Notes under the pieces: model-generated
What the model was told of the DNA's origin: nothing
Seen by the model: only the letters and a program-made list of their open reading frames with translations
Databases searched by the model: none
In this document: piece after piece, positions 1 to 8,076 of the stretch
Layout: every line of letters begins with the position of its first letter
How positions within the stretch are numbered: the stretch's first letter is position 1
Program-made: the position numbers and the translations under genes
From: an uncultured bacterium
Lineage (GTDB): Bacteria; Babelota; Babeliae; Babelales; Babelaceae
Assembly: GCA_963722385.1 (NCBI GenBank)
Contig: CAVRKK010000002.1
Coordinates: forward strand, 1,088,001 to 1,152,000
Direction of reading: 5' to 3'
Length of the DNA stretch: 64,000 nt

Positions 1-30
1 AAGTCACTAACATCAACAGGAAGTTTCTTC
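1..30 (-). pseudogene. 5' end of a paralogue of the AAA-ATPase/PD-(D/E)XK gene at 8077-9642 (runs off the window)
   Basis: Nt 1-20 are identical to 9611-9630. The minus strand reads KKLPVDVSDF, but there is no in-frame start before an upstream TAG. Confidence 0.5.
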
Positions 31-268
31 CTATAGGCATTGAAAACTACTTGCTATCAATCTTAGAACATGTATCAGCTGCAATGCAACCTCAATCAAT
101 TTTGTATATTATTGAATCAATATTTGATTATTGTGATAATGAGAGAGAAATGGCTAGTGCGGATATGCAAATGCTTAAGTACAGTCCCGAACTGGCAATG
201 CATATTGACCAGGAAAAATTTATTACTTCAGAATCTGATCTTGAAATCGAATTAAGAATGGCAACTGT

Positions 269-472
269 TCAAAGGTTCATAAGGGCAACAAGGTCATGTG
301 TCTTCTTAAGTGCTTGGTGTTTATAAACCAAAAAGGCTTTGAATGCCTTTTCTGCGCATTGTTGAGTATGAAACAAAATAGGACCAACAATAACTTCCGA
401 AGATGAAGCAATAATTTTAGCAATCCTTAGGTCTTGCTCAGCAAATTCAAGCCATTCTTTATGCTTTTGCAT
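269..472 (-). pseudogene. HEPN-domain toxin, C-terminally truncated
   Basis: WLEFAEQDL...FHTQQCAEKAFKAFL...KTHDL is the HEPN N-terminal signature. It stops after 67 aa. Confidence 0.75.
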
Positions 473-604
473 AAATACGCTTGCCTTTCCGTTTAATTTT
501 GTAGTGAAGAGTGCTTAAATTTTCGGAATCCTCTTCAAATTCCTCTTTGCTCAGTATAAGCAAATCTTTAGACAAGGGAAGATCCATAAGGGCTTGGTGG
601 CCTT
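459..604 (-). pseudogene. Minimal nucleotidyltransferase (MNT) antitoxin, C-terminal fragment
   Basis: Manual translation gives HQALMDLPLSKDLLILSKEEFEED...IKRKGKRIYAKA*. It overlaps the HEPN start as in MNT-HEPN pairs, and its 5' half is replaced by the toxin locus. Confidence 0.65.
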
Positions 605-615
605 GAAAGAAGCAA

Positions 616-1863
616 ATGAATAAGAATTCATTCTTAACATTTATACTCGCTATAGCTTTTTTGTTTACGTTGCCGCTAAAGCCAGGATTGGATGAGAACC
701 AAGACGACGGTTTTCCTTATTGGACATTAGTGCAGACAGACAAAGGCGATAAGAAACTTTGCTTTTTAAAAATGAGTGATAAGCTGATTTCCCTGGTTGA
801 TGGCAGCTGTGCCCCAGCCGAGGTTATTAAGGCAGAGATATCTGAAGAGATTCGAGATTTATATGCTGTGTATATAGAAGATGAAGTTCTTCTTTGTGGA
901 GGAGCTACACGGTTCTTTGTAATTGAGAAAAACAATTGGGTCAAAGCTATTGATCTGCGCGATGGTGATCATTTAGTCAGTAATAAAGATAATAAGCCAC
1001 AGCAGGTTGTGTGTAAAGGATGCCAAATAACATGCGTAGGGCATCTGCTTTATAGGATGCAGATTGATAACCCTACCCATTGCTACTTTGTTGGTGAAAA
1101 CGCTGTTTTGGTTCATAACTATCTTCCTGCGGTTATTTTTAACGCAACTGTGGCATTTGGTGAAGGTGCTGCCGCAGGAGGCTCTAGTGGTAGCTACTTT
1201 GGTCCTTTAGGTATTAGTGTTGGCGTCATATTTGGTGGCATTCTCGGTCTAGGTATAGGCAAGTGGTGCTCAGATTCAGATCATCGAGCGAGAGAAGATG
1301 AGTATCTTCGAGATTCTGATAAACTCAACTTTGAATCTTTCCAAGCAAAGTATAAAGGTGCCTCGGTTGGTGCAAAACGGTGTAAATATGATGTTAGGCT
1401 AGGCATGGTATGCGATTTGCCGCAGGAAGATAGTTCTACATCCTGGTATGAGAACCCTGAAGCTTCGAGCAAATCAAAGCAGCCGAAAGAAGATTTGAAG
1501 CATCAAGCGAGTGCTGCTACTGGTGGACCTGATGATCCCAAAGATCCTCAAAATAGGCAAAGCCAAAGCACTACAGCAAAGCCGCCGAAGGACGATGGAA
1601 ACGAGAGTATTGAGAGCATTAAAAGAGGTATAAGAAGTTCCGAAAAAAGAATCAAGGAACACGAAGAAAAGCTTGAAAAATATAAGAAGAATCCTGATGC
1701 AGAAGATCATCTGGGAAAACTGAAAAAAGCACGAAATTCTCAAGAAAGACAAAGCATAATTGATACTAAAATAAAGAAAATAGAAACAGAACTTAGAACC
1801 TTCAGAAACAATATAGAGAAAGACAAAATAAGGTTGCGCAAAAGAGGCGTAGAATGGAGCTAA
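616..1863 (+). CDS. Polymorphic toxin A: signal peptide, pretoxin Hint-like domain, Gly-rich hydrophobic helix, alpha-helical C-terminal toxin tip
   Basis: N-terminal hydrophobic leader. Hint start GFPYWTLVQTDKG and end THCYFVGENAVLVHN. GxxxG segment follows. The C-terminus differs from paralogue 4281-5407, and an overlapping downstream gene follows. Confidence 0.8.
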   Translation: MNKNSFLTFILAIAFLFTLPLKPGLDENQDDGFPYWTLVQTDKGDKKLCFLKMSDKLISLVDGSCAPAEVIKAEISEEIRDLYAVYIEDEVLLCGGATRFFVIEKNNWVKAIDLRDGDHLVSNKDNKPQQVVCKGCQITCVGHLLYRMQIDNPTHCYFVGENAVLVHNYLPAVIFNATVAFGEGAAAGGSSGSYFGPLGISVGVIFGGILGLGIGKWCSDSDHRAREDEYLRDSDKLNFESFQAKYKGASVGAKRCKYDVRLGMVCDLPQEDSSTSWYENPEASSKSKQPKEDLKHQASAATGGPDDPKDPQNRQSQSTTAKPPKDDGNESIESIKRGIRSSEKRIKEHEEKLEKYKKNPDAEDHLGKLKKARNSQERQSIIDTKIKKIETELRTFRNNIEKDKIRLRKRGVEWS

Positions 1864-2510
1864 CGGTTCAAGAGCTTAGTCAATCGTTTGATGTGGTAAT
1901 AAGTTATTTTGATAAACAAAACATCAAAGACATTTCCTTCCCGAATGATGATTATTATCCTCAAGTATTACGTGAAGATTTAAACTTTAGTAATCCTAAT
2001 TTCTTAAGATGCCCTCAACGAGTAACAGGCTCCCTCTACGACGATTTGGTAATCTGGAAAAATACTCTGAATGAGGGTGAGGATGCGGTATATGGGGTAA
2101 GTGGAGTGCTTATAAGTAACTTTGGTGGTATTTTAAGAGCTTTCGGTCAAGTATCAGATAAACTTGATAATCCTTCTCCCATTAGAAATGTTGTGCCTCC
2201 GGGGTATCCCAAGGAGCCACCGCCCAAATTAACCATACATGAGCTTCAAAAAATCTTTAACCTCGTAGTAAGGTGGCTTAAAATGCGACATAATTCACCT
2301 GATATTTCTTTTGAAGACCCCCGCTACATTAAGATTGCCCTCAAGGATGAATATTTGGGTATGGAGTGCCCACCTTATACGATAGGCTCTTTAGATGATT
2401 GCATAAAAACCTGGAAAGAAATTTTGAACAATAAGGCTGAACCATCAGCGTTTGCCATTGAGCAGCTTGGTGATCTATTGATTGCTTTTGGTGAAGAAAT
2501 AGATAAATGA
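1854..2510 (+). CDS. Putative immunity protein 1 (two tandem ~100-aa domains)
   Basis: Overlaps the toxin stop. Acidic. Internal repeat LTxxEL...GSLxD...GxxLxAFG. Confidence 0.7.
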   Translation: MELTVQELSQSFDVVISYFDKQNIKDISFPNDDYYPQVLREDLNFSNPNFLRCPQRVTGSLYDDLVIWKNTLNEGEDAVYGVSGVLISNFGGILRAFGQVSDKLDNPSPIRNVVPPGYPKEPPPKLTIHELQKIFNLVVRWLKMRHNSPDISFEDPRYIKIALKDEYLGMECPPYTIGSLDDCIKTWKEILNNKAEPSAFAIEQLGDLLIAFGEEIDK

Positions 2511-3187
2511 AGTTAATTCTTGATGAGCTTGATAAAATATTTAATATAGTGATAAAGAATTTTAATCAACGGGGCATCAAAAAAATCTCTTTTTTTAGTG
2601 AGGATTATTACCCCTTAGTTAAGCGTCAAGATTTAGATTTTCTTGTTGATAAACCTCTATGCTTAAAAAAATATCCATCCTATGGGCTAGGCTCGTTGGA
2701 TTGGAATTTTGAAGTCTGGAAAGGTATGTTGAGTGATAAGGATGCTGTATGGGGAATGTCATCAGGAATCCAGATAGAAGATCTTGGTGGCATTTTGACA
2801 GCTTTTGGTCAAATATCAGATAAACTCAGTAATCCCGATCCTATTAAAAATATTCTACCTGAGGGATATCCCAAGGAAAAGCCACCAGTATTAACCATTT
2901 ATGAGTTGCAAAAAATCTTTGATCTTGTGATTAGGTTTTTAAAAATGGACCATTATTCAGAAATATCTTTTGAAGATCCTCGCTACATTAAGATTGCTCT
3001 CAAAAACGAATATTTAGGCATAGAGTGCCCTCCTTATACTATCGGTTCCTTAAATGATTGCATAAAAACATGGAAAGATATCCTAACTACGCATTCAGCA
3101 CCAACTGCACTTGCTATTGAGCAGCTTGGCGATTTGTTAACAGCTTTTGGTGAAGAAATCGGGCTGTCTCCAATTGGGAAAAGTTGA
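2507..3187 (+). CDS. Putative immunity protein 2 (paralogue)
   Basis: ATGA overlap with the previous gene. Shares ISFEDPRYIKIALK..YLG.ECPPYTIGSL. Confidence 0.7.
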   Translation: MKLILDELDKIFNIVIKNFNQRGIKKISFFSEDYYPLVKRQDLDFLVDKPLCLKKYPSYGLGSLDWNFEVWKGMLSDKDAVWGMSSGIQIEDLGGILTAFGQISDKLSNPDPIKNILPEGYPKEKPPVLTIYELQKIFDLVIRFLKMDHYSEISFEDPRYIKIALKNEYLGIECPPYTIGSLNDCIKTWKDILTTHSAPTALAIEQLGDLLTAFGEEIGLSPIGKS

Positions 3188-3217
3188 CAGAAATCCTGAA
3201 GGCCTATGACAAGCTAA

Positions 3218-3328
3218 CCAAGAAAGTACTTTCCCTTCCCTAGAATTGAAAAACTAATGACAGAAATTAAAAGCCATCGGGCTAGAGCAAAAGAATTTCA
3301 AGATATATTGTTGAAAAGAGGCAAGTAA
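3218..3328 (+). pseudogene. Orphan toxin C-terminal tip fragment
   Basis: RIEKLMTEIKSHRARAKEFQDILLKRGK* aligns with the toxin A end KIKKIETELRTFRNNIEKDKIRLRKRG. Its TAA overlaps the ATG of immunity 3 (TAATG). Confidence 0.55.
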
Positions 3329-3969
3329 TGAAGTTAACGCTTCATGAACTTATCAAGATATTTGAAATAGTAATACAGTATTTCAATCAACAGGGTGTTA
3401 AAAAAATTTCTTTTGTTGCCGAAGATTATTACCCCCAAGTATTACGTAAAGATTTAGACTTCGATAATCCTGATTTCTTAAAATGTCCCCATTTTCTTCT
3501 AGGCTCTTTAGATTGGAACTTTGAGGTCTGGAAAGGCATTTTAAAGGAAAAGGAGGAAGGAGTATATGAAATATCTGGGGGGATTATAGATTATCTTGGG
3601 GGTATTTTAACTGCTTTTGGTCAAGTATCAGATAAACTTGATAATCCTACTTTTATTAAAAATATCCCATTTGAAGGACAACGACCTCAACTAACTCTAG
3701 ATGAGCTACAAAAAATATTCGATTTAACAATTCAAGCGATTAAGCGGTAGTATAATCCCGAGATATCTTTTGAAGATCCTCGCTACATTAAGGTTGCCCT
3801 TAAGGATGAATATATAGACATGGAGTGCCCTCCCTATACCATAGAGTCCTTAGATGACTGTATCAAAGCCTGGAAAGAAATTTTGAGCGGTAAGGCTGAA
3901 CCATCTGCGCTTGCCATCGAACAGCTCGGTGATCTATTGACTGCTTTTGGTGAAGAAATAGAGAGGTAA
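3328..3969 (+). pseudogene. Putative immunity protein 3 with an in-frame TAG
   Basis: TAG at 3748-3750. The same frame continues YNPEISFEDPRYIKVALK...AFGEEIER* to 3969. Confidence 0.75.
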
Positions 3970-4079
3970 ACAACTCCTCTCTAAAGTGGGAAGCTTTATA
4001 GTCAGCTAAAAAAACTGCTACATTCGGACAATCTACAGTGCGCGTTGGAGCATCGGCCGATACTCCAATTCTACGGATG

Positions 4080-4150
4080 TAAGGAAAATAGAAACAAGGT
4101 TTAGAACTTCAGAAACAATATAGAGAAAGACAAGATTAAGATTGTCGCAA
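4080..4150 (+). repeat. Decayed copy of the toxin A 3' end (~1772-1841)
   Basis: gaaaatagaaaca...ttagaac..ttcagaaacaatatagagaaagacaa is shared with 1776-1826. Confidence 0.75.
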
Positions 4151-4280
4151 TTTTTTGATGCTAGAGCAAGTCGAAAAAGCCTTCACATAAAAGATAGATA
4201 TGGTAGTATCATAACTCCCAAAGATTGAAGAGTAGTGTAAGCAAGAGGACTGGACAAAACGCGCATAAAGAAAGAAGTCA

Positions 4281-5407
4281 ATGAATAAGAATTCATTCTT
4301 AACATTTTTTCTCGCTATAGCTTTTTTGTTTACGTTGTCGCTAAAGCCAGGATTGGATGAGAACCAAGACGACGGTTTTCCTTATTGGACACTGGTGCAG
4401 ACGGACAAAGGCGATAAGAAACTTTGCTTTTTAAAAATGAGTGATAAGCTGATCTCCCTGGTTGATGGCAGCTGTGCCCCAGCCGAGGTTATTAAGGCAG
4501 AGATATCTGAAGAGATACGAGATTTATATGCTGTGTATATAGAAGATGAAGTTCTTCTTTGTGGAGGAGCTACACGGTTCTTTGTAATTGAGAAAAACAA
4601 TTGGGTCAAAGCTGTTGATCTGCGCGATGGTGATCATTTAGTAAGCAATAAAGACAATAAGCCACAGCAGGTTGTATGTAGAGGATGCCAAGTAACCTGC
4701 ATAGGCATCTTCTGTATAGGATGCAGATTGATAACCCCACCCGTTGCTACTTTGTTGGTGAAAACGCTGTTTTGGTTCATAACCATCTTCCTGCCGTCAT
4801 TTTTAGCGCGAGTGTGGCATTCGGTGAAGGTGCCGTCGCGGGAGGCTCCAGTGGTAGCTACTTTGGTCCTGTCGGTATTAGTGTTGGTGTCTTATTTGGT
4901 GGCATTCTCGGTATAGGTATAGGTAAGTGGTGCTCAGATTCGGAAGGCCGAGCAAGAGAAGATGAATATTTAAGAGACTTGGATAACCTTGACATCGACT
5001 CCTTCAGAGCTAAGTACAAGGGTAGTGCTGGCTCACGTACTAACAAGCCTGAAAAACGCCCATGCGATCCTTTCAATCCAAGACCTGGGGATGATTGTTA
5101 TTATGTTGATGCACCCTATCACCATTTTAACAGTGTCGGCAATCAGTATGAGGGTAAAAGTAGGGCACCAAGAGATGGGCAGGAGGCTTTATGGAATTCT
5201 GTAAGGGTAAAAGCGAACAAGCCTCGCCGAGTAGGAATCAGCCAGGGAGAGTTTGTTGTTCTTGATTATACTTGTCATGATGGTAATGGAAATTGCCAAT
5301 TCCATGGTCATGTAAGAGAATGGGACGGGCTAGACCAAAATATGAAAAACGCGCTACAGGACAAAGGCTTGGTTAACAAAAGTGGGAAGATACTTAAAAA
5401 ATGGTAA
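4281..5407 (+). pseudogene. Polymorphic toxin B: same N-terminus as A, putative BECR-type RNase tip, 1-nt frameshift
   Basis: Near-identical to toxin A up to AKYKG. GGG is reduced to GG at 4704-4705. The tip reads YH...KSRAP.DGQEAL..S......RRVG...EFVV.D.T...FHGHVR.W. Confidence 0.75.
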
Positions 5408-6102
5408 GCGCGATTTTTCGCTTTAATTTTAATGAGCAACGATTCATCGAGTTTCTTTTTCGATGCACGTTGGATGAAATTTTTAGGTTTCAAGAAGTAA
5501 CTGTTACTTTTAAGGACGTATCTGACGCAAGTTATCTGCTTTATACTAATGATTTCATAATTGATGCTTTGATGGACTTATATAATGGCCTTAAGCGCGC
5601 TGTAGAGCATAACTTAGAGCTTGATACCTCTATTATTCCTAATTCTGAAAAGCACGATATTGGTTATCTATGGAGTATATATTGCCATAAACATTGTACA
5701 GATGACTTTGATCATAAAAACATTGAAAACTCAATTAATAAGGGGCTCACGGGAGAAAATCGTTTGATTTTTACTGGAACAGGTGAAGAGAGAAGATGGG
5801 TTGGGTTGCGTTACCATGTTTGGAGCTCTAATGAAGGCCTATGCGATACATGGCTATATAATAAAAACGGGTCAATTTTCTTAGAGGTCACTCCTTCCTA
5901 CAAATGGCATGCTATTGATCCAAAAGAAGGTGAAGAATTCTTCAGTTATAGTGATTTCATGAAAAATTATAAACCCTATGTTATAGCTCAACTGGACCAA
6001 CAAAATGCAGAGGAGTGGCTTAAACAGATTAACTGCCTTTTCGATATTATTAAGCGCAACGACCCAAAATATATAGGTTGCCCTCAAGAGAGAATGCCAT
6101 AA
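5401..6102 (+). CDS. Putative immunity protein for toxin B
   Basis: Starts inside the toxin B stop region (ATGGTAA). Unrelated to immunity 1-3. Confidence 0.65.
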   Translation: MVSAIFRFNFNEQRFIEFLFRCTLDEIFRFQEVTVTFKDVSDASYLLYTNDFIIDALMDLYNGLKRAVEHNLELDTSIIPNSEKHDIGYLWSIYCHKHCTDDFDHKNIENSINKGLTGENRLIFTGTGEERRWVGLRYHVWSSNEGLCDTWLYNKNGSIFLEVTPSYKWHAIDPKEGEEFFSYSDFMKNYKPYVIAQLDQQNAEEWLKQINCLFDIIKRNDPKYIGCPQERMP

Positions 6103-6120
6103 CATTCGTGCGGGCTAGAC

Positions 6121-6163
6121 CAAAAAAAGCGGCAAGCTGTTTTATAGCTTGCCACTTTTTTTG
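6121..6163. terminator. Bidirectional intrinsic terminator
   Basis: caaaaaaag-c-ggcaagct pairs with agcttgcc-a-ctttttttg. Confidence 0.7.
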
Positions 6164-6374
6164 TTGAAGATTGGCCTATTAGTTAGGAAGTTAGCCAAAT
6201 TTTGGGCTGGACTCATCACATCTCGGTCGGTTGAGCATATTAACAAACGAAGTCTTAGAATGGCTTCCAGACATCAAGAAGCCAGAACAATTGAAAATTG
6301 GAAGCTCGACTTCCATATTTCAAGGTGATATTTAGTTGTTCATTCTAAAGCACTAAACCAATTGCGACAAATTT

Positions 6375-6600
6375 TCAACCTCTCATTTCAAACTTTTGCG
6401 CAAACTCACCCGTTGCAAGTGTTTCCAAACCATATGCAGTTATACCCTTTTCGAGTGGAAAAATCCTGTGGCCTGGATATAGAAGAGCTAAATGGTCAAG
6501 TTTAAGATCCTGTTGTGCGATATACATTGATTTAGTCACTTTTGGATGGTCAGTATATTTAAATTCAAAACCTAATCGCCTTCCTCCCTTAAGTAATAAC
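6375..6600 (-). pseudogene. C-terminal fragment of an AAA_14/DUF4143 ATPase
   Basis: LLLLKGGRRLGFEFKYTDHPKVTKSM...LYPG...FPL is a DUF4143-type tail. The 5' part is missing. Confidence 0.65.
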
Positions 6601-6604
6601 AAAT

Positions 6605-7973
6605 ATTGTGGTAAAGGGTACTGGGCACGATTTTCTTGGTAAGTCCAATGCTGGCCCACATTCACTACTGGTCTGGACGCATCTTATGCGCGACGTTACG
6701 ATATATGAAGCTTTTATTCCTGCCGGGGTGCCGACTTTAAAAATGGGCGTGCCTGCGGTAACTATTCAAGCTGGTGCGCGATGGGCTGACGTTTACCAGA
6801 AGGTGACGGTTGAAGGCCGACGCTATGTACAAGGTGGTGGCTGTACATCGGTAGGAGCTGCGGGAGGCTTTTTGCAGAGAGGCGGGTTTGGCAGTTTTTC
6901 AAGAAAGTACGGTCTTGCTGCAGCTAGTTTGCTTGAGGCAGAAGTTGTTATTGCAAACGGTGAAGTTCTTATTGCTAACGAATATCAGAATGCAGATCTT
7001 TTTTGGGCTCTTAAGGGTGGAGGCGGCGGCACCTTTGGTATTGTTTCCAAAGTTACTTTGCAAACGTATGAGCTGCCAAATTATTTTGGTGCTGTTGAGG
7101 GTACTATTACTGCCCGTACCGATGAAGCATTTGAATCTCTTATTAAATATTTTATAAACTTTTACTGTAAAAGTTTACATAATGAGCACTGGGGCGGCGA
7201 ACAGGTTATGATCAAACCTGATAATTCGCTTTCTCTATGTTTAGTATTTCAGGGATTAAGTAATGAAGAGGCTATAAAAGTTTGGCTGCCTTTTAAGAGC
7301 TGGCTAGAAGAACAGTCAGAGCTTTATACTTTTACTTTGGGTTCGATTGCTGTTCCTGCGCGTAAATTCTGGGACTATGATTATTGGATACAAAATTACC
7401 CCGATTCCATTAAGCTTCACCGGGAGGGAAAAAAGAATATGCTCTACTGGGCGGGAGACCAAAAACTATTTTTAGCCTACTGGTATACCATGAAATCCCG
7501 TTGGATTCCGCTATCATTTTTTTTCGCAAGATGAATCCAAAGCATGTGCAAAAATTTTATTTGAAGCTTCACGTTATTGTGGATTTAGGTTGCAGTTTAA
7601 TAAAGCTTTAGCGGGTGCCGAAACAGAAGCTGTGGAGCGGTCTCGAAATACTTCTATTAATCCAATAGTTTTTGATTCAGCGGCATTAATATTATTTGAA
7701 GAGTATAAAGAAAATATTTCCCCTGTAAAGTACGATGATGAAATAGATATTGAAAAAGCTCTAGAGCAAATTAGGAAGGCTGATGTTGCTTTCAAAATGA
7801 TTACTGATGCCACGCCAAACTCAGGAAGCTATTCGAACGAAGCAGATTATTTTCAAGAGTCGTGGCAGCACAATTTTTGGGGAAAATGCTATCCCCAATT
7901 ACTTAGGATCAAACAAAAATATGACCCAGAAGGGCTTTTTAAATGTCATCATTGTGTCGGAAGCGAAATATAA
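6605..7973 (+). pseudogene. FAD-linked oxidase (BBE-like), 5'-truncated and frameshifted
   Basis: VKGTGHDFLGKS, LFWALKGGGGGTFG and the BBE tail YSNEADY...WG..YP.L..IK.KYDP. Frameshift in the T8 run at 7517-7524. Confidence 0.8.
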
Positions 7974-8076
7974 CATACTTCCATGACCGAAGTCTCAATG
8001 CTTCGCAGATAATATGCTTTCTCGAAATCCATAATCCTGATGTAGAACAACATGATGAGTTGAGATAATCAGAAAT

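Noticed and set aside
51..326. 91-aa plus-strand ORF
   Set aside because: It overlaps the HEPN remnant in antisense and has no RBS or recognisable motif. A gene fragment cannot be excluded.
709..1119. Canonical splicing intein
   Set aside because: No Cys/Ser at position 1, no TxxH, and no nucleophile at +1. It fits a toxin-associated Hint domain instead.
3748..3750. Alternative genetic code (TAG or TGA recoding)
   Set aside because: Conserved genes end normally at TAG (mreB, sbcD, rsmA) and TGA (glmU, ku).
616..5407. Diversity-generating retroelement explanation for the near-identical repeats
   Set aside because: No reverse transcriptase, and the differences are not adenine-specific.
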